Shown one piece after another: positions 53,902-62,000 of a stretch of DNA of 62,000 nt. Below the pieces are notes generated by a model. The model had not been told where the DNA came from. It made no database searches and saw only the letters and a program-made list of their open reading frames with translations. Each line of letters begins with the position of its first letter. Position 1 is the first letter of the stretch. The translations under genes and the position numbers were made by a program. Origin of the DNA: Octopus vulgaris (lineage: Eukaryota); the NCBI GenBank assembly GCA_951406725.2, contig OX597825.1, positions 15,024,001-15,086,000 on the forward strand, given 5' to 3'.

Positions 53902-55010
53902 TTAATGTCTCATATAAGGCTCCAGTTCTGTGAGTTCAATTACTGGTGGCAGTTCATCGAACTCCAACAATACTCGGGGTGGGTCAATCTTATTTCCGCA
54001 CATATCTACAAGTTTTTTATAAATTTCTTTATCGACCACAATGGCCTTTACATTTTCTGAGTATACGTCTCTGGGTAATTTTACTCTTATGATGTGTTTA
54101 AATTTCACAATTCTTTTTTCCACTTCCTTGTTTTTAGCATAAGTTACAAAATTCCACTTGTTCTTTCCCCGTCTAGGTTTTTTCCTTTCTGCTTTCTCTA
54201 CCTCTCTTGTTATATATGCCTCTATATTACTTTCCTCCTCCGATTCTGAAACCTTCTCCTTCTCTGTCTCTATTGTAAACAGTTTCTCTATCTCACCCTC
54301 ATGTAGTTGTGCTCCTGAACCTTCCACCAAATCAACTGACATCTTCAACCCCGCTTCCTTCTTCTGTAACTCATTCTCGCACACCTTTTCAATTCTTTTT
54401 CCACTTTCTTTCTCCACCATACTTTTGACATCTTCAAGGCGGTGGGCTGTCAGAAACGTTAGCACGCCGGGCGAAATATGTAGCCGTATTTCGTAGCCGT
54501 ATTTCGTAGCCGTATTTCGTAGCCGTATTTCGTTGTGAGTTCAAATTCCGCCGAGGTCGACTTTGCCTGTCATCCTTTCGGGGGTCGATAAATTAAGTAC
54601 CCGTTACGCACCGGGGCCGATGTAATCGACTTACTCTCTTTGACTGTCCTTGTTTTGTCCTCCCTATGTTTAGCCCCTTGTGAGCAATAAAGAAATACAT
54701 ACTTTTGTCATCTTTCCTTTCCACCTCTTCTTTCTTCTTTTTCTCATTAGCCGGTGGCGGGTTCACTCTTCCGTTCCTTCTTCTTTTTCTTTCAACTAGT
54801 GTGAATCCCTCCTCCGCTGTTTTCTCTTCACTCTCCACATGTACTGCCTCTTCCTTATTCTCTTACATCTCCCCCTCCATTTTTTCTGTGGGCACCACGC
54901 CTTCATGTGGCCTTTCTCACCACATCGAAAGCATACAGGCGGCCTGCCCTCCACCATCCTTCTTAGCGCAAAGCTGTCAGGCAACACTATCTCCTCCGCA
55001 ATCCCATTTA
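53902..55010 (-). pseudogene. Gag/ORF1-like zinc-knuckle protein, C-terminal two-thirds (copy A)
   Basis: One frameshift near 54850 and one SINE insertion; otherwise open through KAIVVDKEIYKKLVDMCGNKIDPPRVLLEFDELPPVIELTELEPYMRH*. Confidence 0.75.
54436..54697 (+). mobile_element. SINE family A inserted antisense into copy A ORF, with internal 13-bp tandem repeat
   Basis: 17-bp TSD catacttttg(a/t)catctt (54418-54434, 54698-54714); tagccgtatttcg repeated four times. Confidence 0.92.
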
Positions 55011-55085
55011 AACACATCAACATCGATAAACAAGCGGTTGACGGGGAATGAAATACAATCGCACACACATACACACTCACATATG

Positions 55086-55137
<52 letters not shown>

Positions 55138-55164
55138 TACATATATATAATTATATCACGTTGC

Positions 55165-55385
55165 TCCAGTTCACTCAGCTGTAGAAATGAGTTGCGATGT
55201 CACAGGTGCCAAGCTGTATCGACCTTTGTCTTTCCCTTGGATAACACTGGTGACGTGGAGAGGGGAGGCCGGTATGCATGGGCGACTACTGGTCTTCCAT
55301 AAAACAACCTTGCCCAGACTTGTGCCTCAGAGGGTAACTCTCTAGGTGCAAACCCATGGTCACTCATGACCGAAGGGGGTCTTTA
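55165..55385 (+). mobile_element. 5'-truncated CORE-type SINE
   Basis: Near-identical to the 3' two-thirds of the 3051 copy. Confidence 0.85.
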
Positions 55386-55505
55386 CTTTTATATATATAC
55401 ATATATATAATTATATATATATACATATATACTTATATATATATATATATACATATATATAATTATATATATCTATATATATACATATATATAATTATAT
55501 ATATC

Positions 55506-55588
<83 letters not shown>

Positions 55589-55589
55589 C

Positions 55590-55740
55590 GACGGGATTCT
55601 TTCCGTTTCCGTCTAACAAATCAACTAACAAAGCTTTGGTCGCCTCGAGGATATACCACTAGACACTTGCTGAAATTTCTACTCAGTGGGACTGAGGTCT
55701 TAGCCATGTGCTTCTTACCACACAGCCATTCCTACACCTG
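55590..55740 (+). mobile_element. Decayed SINE 3' fragment
   Basis: ctttggtcgcctcgagg...agacacttgc...cagtgggactga...cttcttaccacacagcca, similar to 1225-1360. Confidence 0.6.
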
Positions 55741-56211
55741 ATATGTATATATATATATATATATATTGAAGCAATTATTTACAAAGCTTTCTAAACAAAA
55801 CCACAATCGCACACACAAATAAACAACAACACAAACGTACACACATACAGTGAGAAAGTCGGAGATATAAGCAAAAGAACGCAACATTTTAAAACTTCCA
55901 ATAATTATAGAAAACGGTCTAAAGCAAGAAAAACTATATTCTTGGTGAAATTATTAAATCAATGAATGAAAATGAACATCCCAAAATGGAAGACAGAAGA
56001 AAAATATTATTTGCTGCTAAAAGCGTACAGATGGATATATTTTATACATTATTAAAATAGCAATTTCACAAAACAATTGAAAATCTTTTTCAACAAATCT
56101 ATTTCCAAATTTATGAACTAACCTCACCACAGAATACTATCATTTGAAGTTGTGATATATGTGTGTATGTATGAAAGTATGTACACATGTGTACGTATAT
56201 ATATATATCAA

Positions 56212-56398
56212 TCACCATGATAGATCGGTAGCCACTACACACATTTCTATTCTCTCCTTGTTTCTTTCTGTGTTCCGTTCTGTGGACGAGCGTAGGCTCG
56301 AAACGTTAATGACCTTTGCAATTCCCGAGCGTTATACAAATACATCTGTTTGTTTTCTACACCAACTGTCTGCGTCGTTTAATTTTTTCGTGGATTCT

Positions 56399-56402
<4 letters not shown>
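56212..56402 (+). mobile_element. (TA)n-anchored repeat family 2, copy 2
   Basis: gatagatcggtagccactacacaca...ggacgagcgtaggctcgaaacgtt...ctccc-(TA)n. Confidence 0.75.
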
Positions 56403-56460
<58 letters not shown>

Positions 56461-56522
56461 ATATGTATATATATACACAGTTATAGAGGGACACATATAT
56501 ACATACATAGATACACATAGGT

Positions 56523-56568
<46 letters not shown>

Positions 56569-56572
<4 letters not shown>

Positions 56573-56643
56573 ATCAATATAAGGGTAACCGCTGGTGGCA
56601 GAACATTTTTCTTGAATTTTTCGTTACCCTTATATTGATTGAT
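56569..56643. repeat. Perfect 21-bp inverted repeat with 33-nt spacer abutting (TA)n
   Basis: atcaatcaatataagggtaac (56569-56589) and gttacccttatattgattgat (56623-56643). Confidence 0.9.
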
Positions 56644-57024
56644 TAGTGAATTTTTGACTAATTCTGAAATTTGTATCAGCAGCTTATATTTACTGCGGAG
56701 TAGATGGCGCGATTACGGTGAATTCGAAAATTTACGATATATAGACCCGAGGCTTAGATGGTGTAGCCTCGTGTATATATATCTGCCTCCTATTTTGGTG
56801 ACTTTGCTGACGAGACAAGCCAAGCGTAAACGGATTTAATTTAATTTAATTAAATTTGATTGCGTGAAGATGTTGAAACATTGCAGGGTACAAAGTTTGA
56901 AGGGGATGAATGTTTTTTATTTTCCTCTAGTTTCAGAATTACTACTATTTTTTGCGGTTTTGAGTTTAGCTGCTCTTTTCAAGTGAGTCGAACGACCTTC
57001 TCAGGGTCATTCCTTAATATTTTG

Positions 57025-57064
<40 letters not shown>

Positions 57065-57066
<2 letters not shown>

Positions 57067-57303
57067 GTAAATGTAATATGTGACAATTATTCGGTAGCCA
57101 TGATAAAACTCCGCGTTTCGGATGCTGAGGTGGAAATCCACGCCACCGTCTCTTCAGTTATCCGGCCATCGGAAAAACGCTATGAAAAATGACCGTTATA
57201 CAAAGGGAAATTACTGTGCGAATCACCGTTATTAAGAAAAAGAGCTATTCGAATGACCGCTAAGTGAGAGAGTAAAGTGAGGGGGTAAAAAGTTCATAGT
57301 ATT
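57065..57303 (-). mobile_element. (TA)n-anchored hammerhead-bearing repeat, copy 2
   Basis: Homologous to 10870-11125; truncated by the SINE array. Confidence 0.75.
57097..57167 (-). ncRNA. Type I hammerhead ribozyme-like motif
   Basis: GATAA-CTGAAGA-[stem II GACGGTG...CAGCATC]-C-GAAA-C-GCGGA-GTT-TTATC: complete core, stem I GATAA/TTATC, 2-bp stem III, GUU triplet. There is one extra C before GAAA and mismatches in stem II. Confidence 0.6.
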
Positions 57304-58330
57304 CGAAAGGATGAAAGGCAAAGTCGACCTCGGCAGAATTTGGACTCGGAACGTAGCGACAAACGAAATACCTATTTCTTTATTACCCACAAGGGGCTAA
57401 ACATAGAGTGGACAAACAAGGACAGGCGTAGGCATTAATTCGATTACATCGACCACAGTACGTAACTGGTACTAATTTATCGACCCCCGAAAGGATAAAA
57501 GGCAAAGTCGACCTCCGCGCAATTTGAACTCAGACCGTAACGACAGACGAAACACCTATTTCATTATTAACCATAAGGGGCTAAACACAGAGGGGACAAA
57601 CAAGGACAGACATAGGTATTAAGTCGATTACATCGAGCCCAGGGCGTAACTGGTACTTAATTTATCGACCCCGAAAGGATGAAAGGCAAAGTCGACCTCG
57701 GCGGAATTTGAACTCACAACGTAACGACGGACAAAATACTTATTTCTTTATTACCCACAAGGGGCTAAACATAGAGGGGACAAACATGGACAGACATAGG
57801 TATTAAGTCGATTATATTGACCCCAGTGCGTAACTGGTACTTAATTTATCGACCCCGAAAGGATGAAAGGCAAAGTCGACCTCGGCGGAATTTGAACTCA
57901 CAACGTAACGACGGACGAAATACCTATTTCTTTATTACCCAAAAGGGGCTAAACATAGAGGGGACAAACATGGACAGACATAGGTATTAAGTCCATTATA
58001 TCGACCCCAGTGCGTAACTGGTACTTAATTTATCGACCCCGAAAGGATGAAAGGCAAAGTCGACCTCGGCGGAATTTGAACTCAGAACGTAGTAGCAGAC
58101 GAAATACCTATTTCTTTACTACCCAGAAGGGGCTAAACACAGAGAGGACAGACACACGGATTAAATCGAATATACGACCCCAGTGCGTAACTGGCACTTA
58201 TTTAATCGACCCCGAAAAGATGAAAGGCAAAGTCGACCTCGGCGGAGTTTGAACTCACAACTTAACGACAGACGAAATACCGCTAAGCATTTTTCCTGCC
58301 GCGCTAACGTTTCTACCAGCTCGCCGCCTT
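57304..58330 (-). repeat. Head-to-tail tandem array of SINE family A (one headed copy, four headless 184-bp units, one partial)
   Basis: Tail motif ctatttc(t/a)tt recurs at 57372, 57556, 57740, 57924 and 58108 (184-bp spacing); single head aaggcggcgagctgg at 58330. Confidence 0.95.
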
Positions 58331-58807
58331 CTGTGAGCATATGGTGTCTGCGCAAATATTTGCCCCCAGCAAACTAATAGAACATTGTGTCACGCGTTCA
58401 CGCATGCGATGAATAAATTTAATTTATACATCAATGTTTCAATTTTGTCTTCGTGTATTGTTTTGCAACAGTAGTTACTTAAATTACGCTTTATTTTTTA
58501 CGAGCATTTCTACAGAAAGTGAAAATTATTAGCAGCAAACAATGATAAAATTGCTTTACAATGTGATGATAATTGACACGAACCGAAATGTTATCATGGC
58601 TGTTTCTCAGATAACAATATTTAATATCTATGGACATTTATTAAAGTAAACATCTGCCGTATCCTATACATAATTCATTGAAACCAATTCATTTCCCAGA
58701 CGACACTTCGATAGACAAGTAAAAGCGTCATAAAATTACTTTCCTATGATGATATACACATACACACACACACGTATATATACTTTTTATAAATATATGT
58801 GTGCGTG

Positions 58808-58898
<91 letters not shown>

Positions 58899-59559
58899 TA
58901 GCTATGTACCTGTGAGTGTGTGTATAATATTTGAGGCAGAAAATATACTACTGTATAATTATTTAATTTATTTCTCGGGTAGGCATCTTCGGCATCACAA
59001 TTTAGATTTCCTTATCGATATAAGATTTATTTAAATGATATATACAATTAAATGGACTTCAAACTGTTCCATCTGGTGCGTGGCCATTATCGCCTTTGTA
59101 TCCCACGCAAATCTCATGAAAACTAAAACTGAAATTAATTATGATTTAGGATTTTAAAATTGTCTTCCTTAACTTGTAAAAATAATACTTTATCTAAAAT
59201 GTCACAGCATAAAGGAAATACGTATTGGTAAAACAATATATTTCGAATCACTGTTAATGTAAAGGTATTATCGTTTGTGAAAGGAAATCGTATAATGGGG
59301 GATAAATCAAACTTCCATGATAGGAGCTTAAAACTCCACAAGCACTACGACTGGAAACGCTAACATGTCCTTATTAGACTATAAAATGTGTATAACTTTA
59401 TTCTGAGTATGGCAATTGACAGCGAGTTAGAAACTTGTTAATAGCAGAAAACTTATATGATGATTTCTATATAGCGAAAAGATATTTCTGCAAATTGAGA
59501 ATTTAAAATTTTATTTCCGATTGTGGGGCAAGGCCAGCAAATTTGAGAGGTGTGCCACT

Positions 59560-59700
59560 CGATTACAATGCCACCTGTGTTGAAGTTGTATTTATTTTGT
59601 CGTCCCACAGAAGAATTTAAAAAAAGAGGACTTCGACGGAATTTGAACATCGAAAGGGAAGATTCGGAAAAACTCTTCTCGGCATTTTACGCAACGCGCC
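59560..59700 (-). mobile_element. Decayed SINE family A (alternative tail)
   Basis: Reverse complement of gttcaaattccgtcgaagtc...gtaatcgagtggcacacctctcaaatttgctggccttgcccc. Confidence 0.65.
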
Positions 59701-59865
59701 TCTGAATGTTTGCATGTAACTACCATATTACAATGCTCTAATTTCCGCTAATCAGACACGAAGATCTGTAAAATAATCAGAAGAGTACCTAATATATCGT
59801 TTAGATATATATAGAAAGGTGACAACTTCTGAAAGAATTATTTCTGTTATATTACGTTAACATTA

Positions 59866-60165
59866 TGGCGGCACATGGCCTAGTGGTTAGAGCAGCGGAT
59901 TGCAGTCGAGGGATGGCGGGTTCGAATCTCAGACCGGGCGATATGTGTGTTTATGAGTGAAACACCTAACCTCCACGCGGCTCCGGCAGAAGGTAATGGC
60001 GAACTTCTGCTGACTCTTTCGCCACAACTTTCTTTCACTCTTTCCTCCTGAATCTTGCAGCTCACCTGCGACGGACCGGCGTCGCGTCCAGGTGGGGAAC
60101 CTATACGCCAAGGAAACCGGCAAACCGGCCATTATAAGCCAGAAGTGGCTCGAGAAGGAACAACA
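59866..60165 (+). mobile_element. tRNA-derived SINE (48737 family)
   Basis: ggcggcacatggcctagtggttagagcagcgg...gttcgaatctcagaccgggcg...ctcgagaaggaacaac. Confidence 0.85.
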
Positions 60166-60572
60166 GAAAATGTTCCTTCTAAAGAATAAACAACAACGTT
60201 AAGACTATTTACATCAAGCACAAATATTTCAAAACTTGATTGTAAAAAAAGGCAAAAAAAAACATTGTGTTAAAAACGCATTTCAGAGATGGAACACATT
60301 CCACTATCAATTCAATTCACAAGGTATAAATTTCAAAAACATTTATATGCTTCGCTCTTGTATAGAAGCCTATTTATTCTCAAATAATGACCAACGCAAT
60401 AAATCAAAGCAGTACATATCCTCAGACATGCCCCTGTTCTCAAGAATTTACGATGCGAGTTTTCTCTCATTCAAGCCTATTTTCACTGAAATATGATTGA
60501 GATGCAATTTCTGAGCTAATAAGCGATGCTTTAGGTTTTAGGTTTGATGTATGGATGTATGTATATATATAT

Positions 60573-60763
60573 GGATTTTGCCACGATAGATCGTTAGCCA
60601 CTACACACATTTTTTTCTCTCCTTGTTTTTTTCTGTGTCCCGTTATGTAGAAGAGCGTAGGCTCGAAACGTAAAATACTTTTTCTATTCCTGAGCATTAT
60701 ACTAATATATGTGTTTGTTTTCTACGCCACCTGTCTTCGTATTTTGTATTTTTCGTAAACTCT

Positions 60764-60770
<7 letters not shown>
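60573..60770 (+). mobile_element. (TA)n-anchored repeat family 2, copy 3
   Basis: ttgccacgatagatcgttagccactacacaca...gtagaagagcgtaggctcgaaacgtaaaa...ctccc-(TA)n. Confidence 0.8.
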
Positions 60771-60807
<37 letters not shown>

Positions 60808-60924
60808 CCATATATATACATACATAGATATATATGTATGTATGTATGTATTTATGTATGTATGTATGTATGTATGTATGTATGTATGTATGTATGTATG
60901 TATGTATATACGTATGTATGTATT

Positions 60925-61085
60925 TGTGTGTCAGTGTTTACGTCTCCGTAACATAGTGGTTCGGCAAATGAGACCGATAGAGTAAGAACTAAGCTTACAA
61001 AGAATAAGTCCTGGGGTCGATTTCTTCGACTAAAGGCAGAGCTTCAGTATGGCCATAATGAAATGACTGAAACAAGTAAAAGAAT
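60925..61085 (-). mobile_element. SINE-like repeat fragment
   Basis: Reverse complement of the 50905 copy. Confidence 0.7.
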
Positions 61086-62000
61086 AAACGAATGTATATT
61101 CGATTACCGAAGGGTGCGCCTGTTCGTCTATAACTACTCAAATGATGCATACACAAGCCGCTATACGGGCAAGATTACCGATGGCTCTATTCGTTCTCTC
61201 TGCCTCTTTCTCTGTTTTTCTCTTTCTTCCATATCAAATTACTGCTCGCCTTACATTTGTCTGATAATTTCAATTATAAACTTCAACTTCTTCACTTCTA
61301 AAATATAATTTTTTTATCTATTCAGCAATCACACACAAACACACACACTTTTGCTCACATACATACGCGTGTGCGTGCGTACAAAAACGTATGAGCAACG
61401 CATTATTCCAATGCGTACATTATAGAACATCAGTAGAAATAAAAATAATATTAATAACGTTTCGCAGAAGAAATATCTAAAATATTAGCACACTTTCTTA
61501 TTAGCAAGAAACTTTTTATCACATCTCAAATTTATTTTTTACCTTATATCATTTTAGATCTTCAGATTTTACCCTTTAGAGGATCACAGGTCCGGAAACT
61601 GCCAACAAACGTGTTATTTTAGTTTAACAAGAAAATATTTACTTTTAAATTTTCAAACGATTTTTAAAATTTTTATTATATTATTATTGTTTTTTTCAGT
61701 TAGCCACTTATTACTGTTGAGGGATTTAATGCGGTATGTTTTGTTGATGTTTATGAATTTATTTTACATCGGAAATGAATATTTTGTTTACACTTGGAAG
61801 CACTTCTTGTGTAGCCTACTGTAAATTTAAAATACCTCTACCAGATTTTCTTAAGTCGGATAATCAATTACATATACATGTACAAGAATACACAATCACA
61901 GAAGTTTGTGTGTGTGTGTGTATATATATATGCACACACACACACACACACACACACGCATATATATGTATATATTTATTTATTTGCAAGCATTGTAAGG

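Larger units (their letters stand above)
53578..55010 (-). mobile_element. ORF1-only non-LTR-type element, copy A (5'-truncated)
   Basis: Intact CX2CX4HX4C knuckle CFRCGEKGHMKAWC (54892-54933); ORF continues across a SINE insertion to a stop at 53902; 3' UTR homologous to copy B and ending AATAAAGAAA (53578-53587). Confidence 0.8.

Noticed and set aside
57304-58330. Regular array that might be mistaken for CRISPR or a satellite of unique origin
   Set aside because: No unique spacers; units are SINE bodies in a eukaryotic context.

Overview
AT-rich, microsatellite-saturated eukaryotic DNA. The repeat families and (TA)n/(GATA)n density point to an octopus-type coleoid cephalopod genome (inference). 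I recognise no host protein-coding gene, only a few weak candidate exons; almost all ORFs in the track are microsatellite artefacts or decayed transposons. The window holds several tRNA-derived SINE families (many with clear TSDs), mariner and Tc1 relics, MITEs, a Helitron-like element, a Gypsy LTR+gag fragment, and Penelope and CR1 RT scraps. Four things stand out. (1) Two diverged, head-to-tail non-LTR-type elements at 51.2-55.0 kb encode only an ORF1/Gag-like zinc-knuckle protein with an unfamiliar conserved C-terminal domain and no RT. (2) Their 3' terminal ~55 nt are homologous to the tail of the commonest SINE here, which also forms a 184-bp tandem array. (3) (TA)n-anchored short repeats carry hammerhead-ribozyme cores. 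(4) Several long fold-back palindromes abut (TA)n tracts. All alignments were done by eye and need computational confirmation.
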